A DNA stretch of 62,964 bases, filler included, from Octopus bimaculoides (GCF_001194135.2; 5 parts of 5 records of this genome joined end to end with filler, not necessarily neighbours in it), one strand, 5' to 3'; positions 37,014 to 49,527 are shown, counted from the first letter of the whole stretch. Program-made: numbers and translations. Notes: generated from the letters alone by a model not told the origin.

Positions 37014-37893
37014 NNNNNNNNNNNNNNNNNNNNNNNNNNNNNNNNNNNNNNNNNNNNNNNNNNNNNNNNNNNNNNNNNNNNNNNNNNNNNNNNNNNNNNN
37101 NNNNNNNNNNNNNNNNNNNNNNNNNNNNNNNNNNNNNNNNNNNNNNNNNNNNNNNNNNNNNNNNNNNNNNNNNNNNNNNNNNNNNNNNNNNNNNNNNNNN
37201 NNNNNNNNNNNNNNNNNNNNNNNNNNNNNNNNNNNNNNNNNNNNNNNNNNNNNNNNNNNNNNNNNNNNNNNNNNNNNNNNNNNNNNNNNNNNNNNNNNNN
37301 NNNNNNNNNNNNNNNNNNNNNNNNNNNNNNNNNNNNNNNNNNNNNNNNNNNNNNNNNNNNNNNNNNNNNNNNNNNNNNNNNNNNNNNNNNNNNNNNNNNN
37401 NNNNNNNNNNNNNNNNNNNNNNNNNNNNNNNNNNNNNNNNNNNNNNNNNNNNNNNNNNNNNNNNNNNNNNNNNNNNNNNNNNNNNNNNNNNNNNNNNNNN
37501 NNNNNNNNNNNNNNNNNNNNNNNNNNNNNNNNNNNNNNNNNNNNNNNNNNNNNNNNNNNNNNNNNNNNNNNNNNNNNNNNNNNNNNNNNNNNNNNNNNNN
37601 NNNNNNNNNNNNNNNNAGAAAGTTACCATTGATTTCACATTTATGTTGCACTTTGCAATATAGGCGACTCCTACTAGCAGGAGTCCATAATCTCTTTACT
37701 AATAGAGGTAAAAACACAGCCTTGTTCAGCTCGGTGGTGATCTTCATTAGACTAACAGTTCTGATGAGTAGTGTATATTGTTAAGTACAAAAATAGACGG
37801 GAAATCAATAGTAACTTTATGACCAACCATAACCAATGACTACATAAAATGTCTATTTATCTGTCTATCTATCTATCTATCTATCTATCTCTC

Positions 37894-37924
<31 letters not shown>

Positions 37925-38047
37925 CTATCTATATATGACCTGTGATTTCTATATAAAAATACAAATGATTTCTATCAGACCACATACACTCAAACACACA
38001 CAAACTACACACACACACACACACTCACACACACACACACACCATTC

Positions 38048-38103
<56 letters not shown>

Positions 38104-39429
38104 CGAATAAATATAATTTTATGAATTTATTACTCAGGTTTATTCGCGATCTAAACGAGCAAAGCAAATGCCAACTTGAGAACCTTTAAGCAATCGCTCG
38201 ACCCACTAAAAATTGTTACCAAACCTACCTCATTTTATCGGTTTTAATGAAGCAGGATACAACATACAATGATTGAGAAAGCGACGGAAAGGACTAGGGC
38301 GAAATATCTTTGATTAAAATTTTGTCCTGTCAGGTTTGATTTGAAGCTAAGCAACGATCGGTGCAGAAGACATTTTGTAGAGATTTCAGCAAGTAAAATT
38401 TACATCATTAGATTGGATTATGGAAAACGCCACCTGTCACACATCTGGGTTATTTCTTTTTCCCTCTTTCTTTTTTCTCTCTCACTTTCTCTCCCTATGC
38501 GTGCGTCTGCATGAATATGTACGTCTGCATGAATATGTATGTATGTGTATATATATATGTATATATATGCATTTAAATGTGTGTGCATATATATATGCAT
38601 ATATATATATATATATGTNNNNNNNNNNNNNNNNNNNNNNNNNNNNNNNNNNNNNNNNNNNNNNNNNNNNNNNNNNNNNNNNNNNNNNNNNNNNNNNNNN
38701 NNNNNNNNNNNNNNNNNNNNNNNNNNNNNNNNNNNNNNNNNNNNNNNNNNNNNNNNNNNNNNNNNNNNNNNNNNNNNNNNNNNNNNNNNNNNNNNNNNNN
38801 NNNNNNNNNNNNNNNNNNNNNNNNNNNNNNNNNNNNNNNNNNNNNNNNNNNNNNNNNNNNNNNNNNNNNNNNNNNNNNNNNNNNNNNNNNNNNNNNNNNN
38901 NNNNNNNNNNNNNNNNNNNNNNNNNNNNNNNNNNNATAAATATACATATGTATATATATATCTGTGTATGTATATATACATATATATATATGTATATAGT
39001 TGTACATCATTTTCCTGCGTACGTTGCACGTTTAAAACACGGACATTCACCCTTTTTGAACAAATAGACTTGCGCACACGCCGCCCCCCACTCTCTCTCT
39101 CTGTATGTGTACGTGTATGTGTGTGTGTGTGTGTCTGAATTTAATTGAGATAACCTAGATAGGTTCAGCCAGTACTTCTTCAAGCTATGCCGAACTTAAC
39201 ATCGTCTGCTGAAATTTTCTCAGTGTGTTTTGAGAGAACCGCAGCCCACTCGAATAGAGAGTTGCTGATCGTAATGAATCTGGTTGTTAGTATTTAGTCG
39301 TATATTTCTTTGATGAATCGGTTTTTGTGGGGCAATAGTCCACAGTAGGTGTTAGGGAAGTCTGAAGAAGGCTATTAAATATGAGTCAATAGCATTTAAT
39401 AATGATCTAGTGATAAAAAGAAATAGATT

Positions 39430-41995
39430 AGACTAGGAGCCAATTTGTAAACTTGAAGAGGCGATTAGAAATGGCATCCGCCCATCGTACTTGCGACAAG
39501 AATGGCTCTCAGCCATTTCGTCAATGCCAAACACGAAGGCTATGTTAGGGCTAGAGCTCGTGCATGAAATCGAGGATTGAAAGCCACTCAACGGGCTCGG
39601 ACGGTAGAGGAGCGGTGTGGCAACAAAGCCACATTTCAGTCTTTGGCATATCAGGATGGGTGCGTACTGCACTGTTCCAAGCAAATGTATGCGGCTTTCC
39701 TGCAGCACTTTGCTCAACTATTCAGAGATTTTAGTGCCTGCCTCGACGACCTGCCGTGACCCTCAGAAGAAGAGAGAAGGCTCTGCAAAAGGCCACTGGC
39801 AGCAACTGAGATACGAAAAGTATCGCACAAAGAACAAATCGCCCACTTTGGATGGTTTGCCCTTATGAGTTTTATGGTTACGTGCCAGAGTTGCTTGACG
39901 AGCTCTTGGCAAATGTTTATCACAACTGGCAGCAACACAGAAAAACTCCCAGTTCTGTGAGTCAGGGTGTGTTAAAGGGGATATCATAGGATTTAAAATT
40001 TTGGCCAAGGTATTGACAAAGAAATTGTTACTTGTAGATAGTTTAATCGGAGAAATACAAACGCGTGCGATCATCAATAGATCCATCTATGCGTTAAATC
40101 ATATAGGGAATAGGTAACAAATCTGATATTGGTGGGGCCCCGATCAATCTGAATCAGTCAAAAGCCTTCGATAAGGTCGACTATGTTTTTGGCAGTAATC
40201 CTAAACCGGTTTTGGACCCGTTTTCAGTGGCTGGATCGCAGCAATGCAGTGGCATTTGCTTGGTGGTCTTGGAACCGTTTCATATCGCGCGTTTGATACG
40301 TCAGGGCTGTTCTCTCTCATTTCTTCATTACTTTCTGGCACTCGATCCTTTGCTGCGAAAGCTAAAACTCTTGAGGGGCATCCCTTTCGAACAAGGATGC
40401 AGGAGAGTTGTGTTAATATATGCGAATGACATCACCGTAATGGTGTCAGATACCGTGGGGGTTCAGGTAGTCGATTCCTTCTTAAAGACATACGAGGCGA
40501 TGGCAGAAGCAAAGAAAAACCGGAACATGTCGGTAGACTTGCAGTTCAGCGCCTTGGGAGGCAAGTTTATGCCAACGAACTACATAGTAAGTCGATGGAC
40601 AGACGGACCGGTGAAATTGCTCGGGGTCTGGTTTGGCTCTGGTTTGGCTCTGGTTTGGCTCTGGTTTGTCTGGTTTGGATGGACAACAACTGAGATGAAG
40701 TTACAAACAAGGTGATAAGTCTCACTGAGCAGAAACTATCTCTGAAAGTTCGAGTAGAGGTGACGAATTCTTACATTTCCTCCATAATAAATTACCACCT
40801 GACTGTTATGCCTTGCCTAAGTCCACCTATGGTTAGACGGGAGCGTTTAATTTTCCGTACTCAGTGGGAAGGACGTGTTCCACTGGTCCATCTGTTGCTA
40901 GCATGTCATGGCAGCTAAAATGTAGACACAAGCTGCAGCTACGCTACTTACAGATTTTCCTGGACAGTGAGCCGGTGTGATCTCCGTTTGTAAGACACGC
41001 CTTTCAGTAACTCATCCTTTTGATGGAACTGCAGTCCTCGGTCAAGGAAAGACCAAAATTGGGTGTCTGGCACCTGGAATGTCATCGTGCGCTCACTGTT
41101 CTCTACCAGTCGGGCTATGCGGTCGGTGGAAGTTTTATGTTAGCAGTACTTATAGAAATCTAGCGATGACGTTCTCGGGGAAAGTCTAGGCGTCGACGAG
41201 GATCAACTAGCTGGTCTGTTTCGGAGGACTTTAAGGCCAAGTACTTCCATGGATAATTTCCAGAAATCTCAGGCCTGGCAGTGCTACCGAGGAACAGTGC
41301 TAGTTCGAGATAAACTCCACAGTCACAGGACTGTCCGAGATGCGCGCAGATCGACGAAACTGTATTGTACGTACTTGTGCAATTTCCGGGCATTGCTGAC
41401 TTGTAGAGTTATGTCGAGCAGCTGTGTGCAGATTGAATCTGACTATTGGCCGAATCCATCGTGAGGGTCGCCTCACCGCCCACCTTCAAAACAACAGGGT
41501 AGGTGGTGTACCTCTGCTTAGTCGCTATGGCGAAAGAAGTGAGGCTGAAAGGATTGGAGATAGACAGCTTCCTTTTCGGTCAACCTCTCATCCACAGTTT
41601 TAAGTTTCACTTGGGAAGGAAAGGAAAGTGAAAGTGGAGAGAGATGTACTACCTATCAGTGAATTTGGGAAAAGATGAGTGACTGGCAAAAAGGGTTAGG
41701 CTGAATGGTCCTATTCTAAACATGGATCTGTAGATTGAAGAACGGCATTTGGGCAAGGGCTCATGCCTTTGATGGTCAAAGTAATCCCGGATCTATGGGG
41801 TCACTTGATTGACCCTAGTTGGAGTTTCTCCTGTTTCGGGAGAACTGCATCATTCATGATATCTCATACTTTGTATATTTTTATCGTATTTCACCGTCTT
41901 TCCTATTACTTTCTCCTCATCTTTTATATAAACCCCACGCAAATTGACTGTCCTTGTGATGTTCCCCTCATCTATGTCCCACTGGCTAATAAAAG

Positions 41996-41997
<2 letters not shown>
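39430..41997 (+). mobile_element. Tx1/L1-clade non-LTR retrotransposon, decayed ORF2 (RT to 3' UTR)
   Basis: Translation gives QSKAFDKVD, IRQGCSLSFLHYFLALDPLLRKL, YANDITV, VKLLGVWFG, AWQCYRGTVLVRDKL and FKFHL. The 3' UTR ends AATAAAAGAAAT(CAT)n. Confidence 0.85.
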
Positions 41998-42044
<47 letters not shown>

Positions 42045-42046
42045 TA

Positions 42047-42102
<56 letters not shown>

Positions 42103-42555
42103 GAGTGAGAGAGCAGTGCATGCCATCAAAGTGACACTGGGGTAAAATATGCGAAGCCCATTATACCCATCATGACTACCCGTCTGATAAGGGTACACCA
42201 GGCACATGTATGACAACCATATGTGCACGACATGGTGATCTCATATCAAGATAAACAGTGGGGCTCAGTTAGAATTTTCTTCAGGTCAAGTAGCCCATCC
42301 GGCTCAAAAGGTCCCTGAAAAAGGGTTGTTTAAGGATGTTGAGCAAAACACCCATGTTTCCAAAGGTGAATTATTCAAACCCCAAAGAATTCCTCTTGAC
42401 ACACGACTATGATGCTCCTCCACTTCTGCTCATGATCAGAGATGCACATATCATCAGCCACCAAGGGACGTGCTCAACTGGTTAAGGTCATACAACTGAC
42501 AAGCAAATCTGTGGTATTGAGCAGAATATTTGCTGTAGCCCATCTTTTATACCAA
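42103..42555. mobile_element. Non-coding ~450-bp interspersed repeat flanked by (ATT)n on both sides (copy 1)
   Basis: Closely matches 58128-58574 along its length and has no meaningful ORF. Confidence 0.75.
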
Positions 42556-42609
<54 letters not shown>

Positions 42610-42849
42610 GTTGTTGTTGTTGTTGTTTTTGTTGTTATGTTGTTGTGAAGGAAGTAAGACATGTTTTTTGAGCACCGTTAAAAGTTGTCTATTTTTGCGG
42701 AAAATTTGTTGAACTTCTGCTTTTGTTACTCTAATTGTTGTTGCAAGACAGCTGGCCTCTTGGGGAGCTAATTTTTGGTAAAAAAAAAGGTCCCCTTTTT
42801 TGGGGGGGGGGGGGCTAAATACTTTTTTCGAAAAGATAAAAACAACTAT

Positions 42850-43620
42850 GGCTACTGAGCGAAGGTGTGAGAGCGGAAGTTTGAACAGCCGATTCGACGA
42901 AGACTTCTCCGTCCTCACCACCACTATTGTTGCTGAACAGGAGAGGGAGAAAGAGAGAAAAGAAGAAAGAAAGCAAGAGAATAATGACACCACCAGCACC
43001 ACCAGCACCAGCACCGGCACCAGTACCACCACCACCACCACCACAGCAGTAGCAACAGGAACAGAGGAATGCCAACAAAACCAATCCCAGAGAAAATCCC
43101 CCTTCCCTACCAAAACAACTCGGAGTGTTCGAGTTCTGAGGCCGAGAGGGGGAGTGGCAGACAGTTTTACCCCCATCCAAAAGAAAAAGACAGTGGAAGA
43201 AAAAAGGGGGAGGTGCAAACAAGGGGAATTTCCCAACAGCAGCAACACATAGACACAACAACTAACAACAGCAACATCTCCTCCACCAGCACTACCACCT
43301 CAAGCACCAACACCACCACCACAAACAGATTCTACCTCACAACCATAAATACACAAAATATGGAGCTAATCACATACTTAAGAGACAATGCAAACGCCAC
43401 AATGACAGACTTTGTCTTCGCAATCCTCAACTGATCACCGCCATACATACAACTCTTAGAAATGACACAAGAAAATTACAACACTATAAAAACAACATTC
43501 CCGGAAGCTGATGGGTCACTCCGAAAGTTTTTCACAAAGAGAATATACAAAAACTTCGTGGAAACATTCACACGAAAGCCCAAGTGTACCATCATATCAG
43601 ACAACAGTGGTAAGTAGAGC
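42850..43620 (+). other. A/C-rich, LINE ORF1-like low-complexity reading frames (unassigned)
   Basis: MATERRCESGSLNSRF.. and NMELITYLRDNANATMTDFVFAILN*SPPYIQLLEM.. show the sense-strand A/C bias of LINEs and sit directly upstream of a Tx1 3' end. I recognise no diagnostic motif. Confidence 0.3.
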
Positions 43621-43633
43621 TCTTCTCCGTCCT

Positions 43634-44050
43634 AAATTTATTTTAACATAGTGATGCTCAGAATAGGTTGCACTTTCCTAATTGGCCAAACCCTCATCAA
43701 CTTTTTTAGGTTTCACTTGAAAAGGAAGTTGAGGGTGGAGAGGGAAGTGCTGCCTTCTTACAAGTTTGTTGAAAGTTGGGTGGATGTTGGAAGAATGGCC
43801 AGTGTGAAGAGATCAATTCTGAGTGTACACCTGTGAAAAATTAAAGGAGAAGGGCTCTTGCTCTGTTGATCAGGTACTCGTGGTTTTTGTGGGTTTTTCC
43901 ACGAGGACCTTAAAGCGCCTCCCCTATCGGGAGTTTTAATTTGTTTAATTTAATTTATTTATTGTTTACACGCTGTCTCGTCTTGTGTTGTCTTTTATGC
44001 TTGTGTCATTTCATTTAATGTTGTTCTATGTAAGCCCTTGTGGCCAAAGA
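43634..44050 (+). mobile_element. Tx1/L1-like 3' end
   Basis: LINFFRFHLKRKLRVEREVL..WVDVGRMA is homologous to 41580-41720 and 60720-60860. It ends AAAGAAAT(AAT)n. Confidence 0.75.
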
Positions 44051-44077
44051 AATAATAATAATTATTATTACTATTAA

Positions 44078-44740
44078 GGCGGTGAGCTGGCAGAATCCTT
44101 AGTACGCTGGACGAAATGCTTAACGGTATTTCGCCCGTCGCTACGTTCTGAGTTCAAATTCCCCGAGGTCGACCTTACCTTTTATCCTTTAGGGGTCGAT
44201 AAAATAAATACCAGTCGAACAATGGAGTCGATGAAGTAGTTGTATTCTGTCAACAATGTGGCAGTCCCCTGAAGGGAATAATACTACTGTTGGTTAGACC
44301 TAAGAAGCTGCACCGCTTCCTGTCGGCCTTGACACATTTCCTGAGTCCTTATGTTTACAAGGGGGAGACAAGCACCTCCACCCAGCTAAACCTGCATCCA
44401 GAGACGTGTTTCTGAGTNNNNNNNNNNAGGGGGAGACAAGCACCTCCACCCAGCTAAACCTGCATCCAGAGACGTGTTTCTGAGTCTTTGCTCGTCATCA
44501 GTCTGGAGTAGCATGACCTGCTAGTCGAAGATGCCTGTCAAGCTCTTGTAAACATATAATAATTCTAGTGAAATATATTCACATTAAGTTAACAACATAC
44601 AACTACTTCATCGTATCACTACTGCATAAATCTCTCTGAGAGATTTAGAAATGTATTATTTCTAAAAATGGGGTCGATGTAATCGACTTGTCCACTCTCC
44701 CAAAATTGCTGCTCTTGTGACAAAATTTGAAACCATTATT
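44078..44740 (+). mobile_element. tRNA-derived SINE family B (conserved central domain, possibly MetaSINE/MESC-like) split by an insertion at 44234-44666
   Basis: GGCGGTGAGCTGGCAGAAT..GAGTTCAAATT..GAGGTCGAC..CCTTT.ATCCTTT.GGGGTCGATAAA runs to 44233 and resumes as GTCGATGTAATCGACT..CAAAATTTGAAACC after 44667. Confidence 0.75.
44464..44508 (-). ncRNA. Type-I minimal hammerhead ribozyme-like motif
   Basis: Minus strand reads TCCAGA-CTGATGA-CGAG CAAAGA CTCA-GAAA CACG TC-TCTGGA. Stem I has 6 bp, the core is canonical, stem II has 3 bp plus a C.A mismatch, stem III is minimal, and the triplet is GUC. Confidence 0.75.
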
Positions 44741-44819
44741 ATCATTATTATTTCATATACGCTTAACAGATTAGACTGTTGGAAAAGAAAAGTTCCTAAC
44801 ATCGGGTTACAAGTAACAT

Positions 44820-45170
44820 TAGATGCCAAGAACCCTCCTAAGTATCCTAGCTGTCCCTAAAACAGTTTTCTGGAGCTGTGCTAAACTCGGTTTTATACCT
44901 ATTTCCTTTATCCGTATTCAAATCTTTATGGATAGTTCCTAATGCACCTATAACTACAGATAAATTTTACCTGCACTTTCCATAGTCTCTGTAATTCAGT
45001 GGCTTGGTCCTGGTACTTTGCTAGTTTCTCTATACCTCTCATATTGACTTTCTCATCATTTGGGACTGTAGAGTCAATTATATGGCACCTTCTATTCTCT
45101 TTATGTACTTCTACTAAATCAGGCCGTCTAGCTTCTATTATTCAGTTCGTCCCACATCTTATATTTCTCA
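44820..45170 (-). mobile_element. R4/Dong-like C-terminal fragment
   Basis: Translation gives ARRPDLVEVHKENRRCHIIDSTVPND..KLAKYQD and VVIGALGTIHKD..LQKTVLGTARILRRVL. Confidence 0.75.
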
Positions 45171-45424
45171 CTTTCTAGTACTTTATTATGTTGTGTCTGG
45201 GTAGAGTCATTCTCTTTTAGTGCCTTATTATTTAACACACTCACCGGTAAAGTTTCCATTCATTTACTTATTTATTTTTCCTAGAATTTCCGTTGCGTCT
45301 TGCAGCCTTTTCAATAGTAGTTGACTCTGTCCGTTATCCGAGCTGCGTTCTTTTTGTTTGTTTGTGCGCATGTGTGTGAGTCAGTGTGTGTACGCATACA
45401 CATGTATGTATGTATGTATGTATG

Positions 45425-45455
<31 letters not shown>

Positions 45456-45829
45456 GTGTGTGCATGCATGTATGTGCGTGTGTGTGCGTATATGTATATG
45501 TATGTGTGCACGTTTGAATGTATGCATTCTGCATATTCATGTGTTTGTGTGTTTTTATGTATGTGTGTGTGTACCCCTGTCTCCTTGTGTGTACATGTCT
45601 GAGTGCTTCTGTGTATCGGTTTTTGTGACTATGTACTGTGTCTCTATGTATGGATGTGTGTCTCCGTGTGTCTTTGTGTGAAGTGAAGTGAAGTGAAGTG
45701 TAGGTTCGTTATCATCATCATTATCATTATCCTCCTTCTCCTCCTCCTCCTCCTCCTCCTCCTCCTCCTCCTCNNNNNNNNNNNNNNNNNNNNNNNNNNN
45801 NNNNNNNNNNNNNNNNNNNNNNNNNNNTT

Positions 45830-45872
<43 letters not shown>

Positions 45873-45893
45873 CCATCACCGTCATCGTCATCG

Positions 45894-45946
<53 letters not shown>

Positions 45947-45961
45947 GTTATTATTATTATT

Positions 45962-46330
45962 CAGTAGTCTTATTTTTATCAGGTGCTTTCACTGTACTAC
46001 GAGCGCATCTCTGTGTGCCTTGGGTATGTGCTGTGGTTTGTTGTCATGCTCCTAACGTTACTGCATTGAAAGTGTTTTACGTAGATGTGCGCGGTGCCTA
46101 GTAGTGCTATTTTCTGTATGCTATATATACTTGTAAGTCCTGGTGTTTTTGTTATGTGTTTGTCTGAATATTTTTTTATCATACCTAATGCGCCTACAAT
46201 GATAGGAATTGTTTCTGGTTTTAGACTCTACATTCGAGTTACTTCTATTTCCAGGTCTTTGTATTTTGAAAGTTTCTCCATTTCTTTTAGAGAAACGTTG
46301 TCATGTGTTGATATTGATACATCGATTAGA
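45962..46330 (-). mobile_element. R4/Dong-like 3' end abutting (TAA)n
   Basis: SIQKIALLGTAHI followed by the 3' UTR shared with 56420-56780 and 61225-61515; it runs into (TTA)n at 45897-45960. Confidence 0.8.
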
Positions 46331-46339
46331 AATTATTAT

Positions 46340-47290
46340 TACCTCTGCCTTCACTAAGGCGGAGATATTGTTTTCAGCCATGTTTGTCTGTTTGTCTGTT
46401 TGTCTGTGGACAAGATATCTCAAGAACCGCTGGATGGATTCGGATGAAACTTTTAGGGATGTTTGGCATCGTGATTGGCATGAACTGATTAAATTTTGGG
46501 ATCGATCCGGTACCGGACAAGGATTCTGGATTATTTGTTATATTTACTTTACTTTACATGAAGTATTACGATCTTACGTTGACATTCAAGTCTTTCTCTG
46601 ATTATCTCCCTTGAAAGCACACTCATAGTTTCCACGTAAGTCATGGCGGCGTTGCTGTTTCTAAAGTTTTATTTTCGTTTACTATTATTAATTTTTCTCG
46701 CGTCTCTATTTTAGTAGAAACTGATGGATAAAGAAATCAAACTACATAAACAAACGGCAGCAAAACCGTTCAGAAATTAAATAACAATAATGAATTTAAT
46801 TTATCCTCGACAATTTTTAGTTTTACCAATTTTGGATATATCGCTCCTGTTTAAAACCTCTTATCTACTTGACAATTGCATCTATAGCTCTGCCTTGAAG
46901 GAAGCTTTACTCTTGGACTCACATTTTGTTCGCAACGATGTTGTTAAACCTCCGTTAACAACACCGTATGCTGGTCCTTTCCGTTTTCTTTCATGCACGA
47001 ATAAAATTTTCACTATAGACCTTAATGGTCGTAAAGACACTAAATCAGTTGAAAGACTAATAAAGGCCTTCAAAGAGAAAACTGTCCCTGTTCCCACTGC
47101 AGACGAGACATACTTCATTACAAACACAGCCCGCACACCCACCTTCACATTCCATGACTACCATTGGGATCGATCAGGTACCGGACAAGGATTCTGGATG
47201 GTTTTTCCATTCGGGTCCATGAGATGCTCTACCGAATGAAGGGAGTCTCTTTATGCAGATCCGTTTTTTCCAAAGCAGATTAGCATAAAT
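46340..47290. mobile_element. Possible non-autonomous Helitron/Helentron-type repeat enclosing a Gypsy fragment
   Basis: Begins with the hairpin CTCTGCCTT-CACT-AAGGCGGAG followed by (GTTTGTCT)n, as in HINE-like elements. The ~34-bp block GGGATCGATC(C/A)GGTACCGGACAAGGATTCTGGAT is repeated at ~46498 and ~47167. Confidence 0.4.
46900..47080 (+). mobile_element. Gypsy integrase C-terminal (GPY/F) fragment
   Basis: Translation SHFVRNDVVKPPLTTPYAGPFRFLSCTNKIFTIDLNGRKDTKSVERLIKAF matches the PL.PPY.GP(Y/F)....VS.DRLKP pattern. Confidence 0.75.
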
Positions 47291-49370
47291 GTTTCCTCGT
47301 TTAGTGTATTGCTTTTCCCGCCTAACGAATGACAGAGTGATTCGATTGGAGTTCTGACCAGCCACCTACACAGTAGACGAATTTCTTAAGTCAACTGCAT
47401 TTTATTTATAGTTTGCTATGCATAATAACGTTTGCGATGTCATTTATGTAAATAATAAAGATAAGTTGACCCAAACAGCGCCCTAGTGGGGGCACTACCA
47501 AAACCTTTTGCGGAGCTTCAGTTGATCACAACTTATATGTTGAAAGAATATTCGTCTTCTCTCATAAAATCTTTACTAAATTTGGTACGGAGACCCAGAT
47601 GCAACTAGGAATAATGTCTAAACAAAAAATCCCAAGTAAAAGTCCCCTGGGGGTAAAACTGGGATGAGCCAAGAAGGGAAATATAGAAATACTGAAATTT
47701 GTGATGGAGTAGCAACTGAGTGAAAGTGTTGATGTAAGGTACTGAAATGTTCTTGGTTTGTTACGTCAAACTCTGTTTTAACTTGTCCTTCAGTCTTTTT
47801 TTTTAATACCCTCTCTCTTTTGCTCATGCACAAACTTTCTCTTATGTATTTCGTAATGTGTGTGTGTATGTGTGTGTGAATGTATATATAAACACATGCG
47901 TATATACATTTATACATAGACATACACACCCGCGTACACACACACACACAGACACAGACACAAACAAACGCACACACAACGAGACACAGACATGCGCAAA
48001 CGCACACATATTTGTCTTCCCTCTTGGATATATATTACAAGGGAGATAATAATTTTGCTTATAATATTTGGCGGAATTAGAAATAGGAATTTGAAATTGA
48101 GGAATTATGAGATAAAAGATGCCTACACACACACACACACATCAGAGTCAGGGGGTCTGTGTATGCAAAGCATGCACTGCACGCCTAACTATTTTTCTAG
48201 GCTAAATAATTTTTGTGTAAAATTAATTATTGATAATTTTCACTATCCCCATTGTATTCGTGACATTTTTTTTATCTCTCATTCCTTCATTTCTTGGTAA
48301 AAATTATTAACAATCGATATTATGTAACAAGTGTAAACAGAAAAAGCTCCAGTTTGCTTATCGAGAAAAGAAGGAAAAGCAGTGAATTAATTGCTTTCCA
48401 GTTCTTTTTGAAGAGGGAGAGTAAAAAAGAGAGACAAAACAAACGAGTGAGGGGTCAACAGAGAGAAAGGCGAAGAAATGCAAATTTTTTCTGCTTGTTT
48501 TTAGTCTTAGTTAGTAAGAGCAATGGTATTAGTTTTTTTTTTGTATTCTATTATTTTTTTCGAGAAGGGNNNNNNNNNNNNNNNNNNNNNNNNNNNNNNN
48601 NNNNNNNNNNNNNNNNNNNNNNNNNNNNNNNNNNNNNNNNNNNNNNNNNNNNNNNNNNNNNNNNNNNNNNNNNNNNNNNNNNNNNNNNNNNNNNNNNNNN
48701 NNNNNNNNNNNNNNNNNNNNNNNNNNNNNNNNNNNNNNNNNNNNNNNNNNNNNNNNNNNNNNNNNNNNNNNNNNNNNNNNNNNNNNNNNNNNNNNNNNNN
48801 NNNNNNNNNNNNNNNNNNNNNNNNNNNNNNNNNNNNNNNNNNNNNNNNNNNNNNNNNNNNNNNNNNNNNNNNNNNNNNNNNNNNNNNNNNNNNNNNNNNN
48901 NNNNNNNNNNNNNNNNNNNNNNNNNNNNNNNNNNNNNNNNNNNNNNNNNNNNNNNNNNNNNNNNNNNNNNNNNNNNNNNNNNNNNNNNNNNNNNNNNNNN
49001 NNNNNNNNNNNNNNNNNNNNNNNNNNNNNNNNNNNNNNNNNNNNNNNNNNNNNNNNNNNNNNNNNNNNNNNNNNNNNNNNNNNNNNNNNNNNNNNNNNNN
49101 NNNNNNNNNNNNNNNNNNNNNNNNNNNNNNNNNNNNNNNNNNNNNNNNNNNNNNNNNNNNNNNNNNNNNNNNNNNNNNNNNNNNNNNNNNNNNNNNNNNN
49201 NNNNNNNNNNNNNNNNNNNNNNNNNNNNNNNNNNNNNNNNNNNNNNNNNNNNNNNNNNNNNNNNNNNNNNNNNNNNNNNNNNNNNNNNNNNNNNNNNNNN
49301 NNNNNNNNNNNNNNNNNNNNNNNNNNNNNNNNNNNNNNNNNNNNNACACACACACACACACACACACACA

Positions 49371-49527
49371 AGACGGACTTGTTTCAGTTTCCCTCTACCA
49401 AGTCCACTCACAAGGATTTCGTTGGCTCGAGGCTATAGCAGAAGACACTTGCCCAATGTGCCATGTAGTGGAACTGAACCTGGAACCATATGGTTGGAAA
49501 GCAGACTTCTTACCACACAATTACGCC
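49371..49527 (-). mobile_element. SINE family A head
   Basis: Reverse complement of the family A consensus (TTTCAGTTTCC..TACCAAGTCCACTCACAAGG..CACTTGCCCAA). Confidence 0.75.

Noticed and set aside
43500-43540. CTGATGG GTCACTCC GAAAG hammerhead-like string
   Set aside because: Altered core, at most a 2-bp stem II and no convincing stem I or III; it lies in a reading frame and is probably chance.
47478-47510. CAGCGCCCTAGTGGGGGCACT, resembling a CTCF site or hairpin
   Set aside because: Spacing does not match the CTCF consensus in either orientation; a single weak motif.
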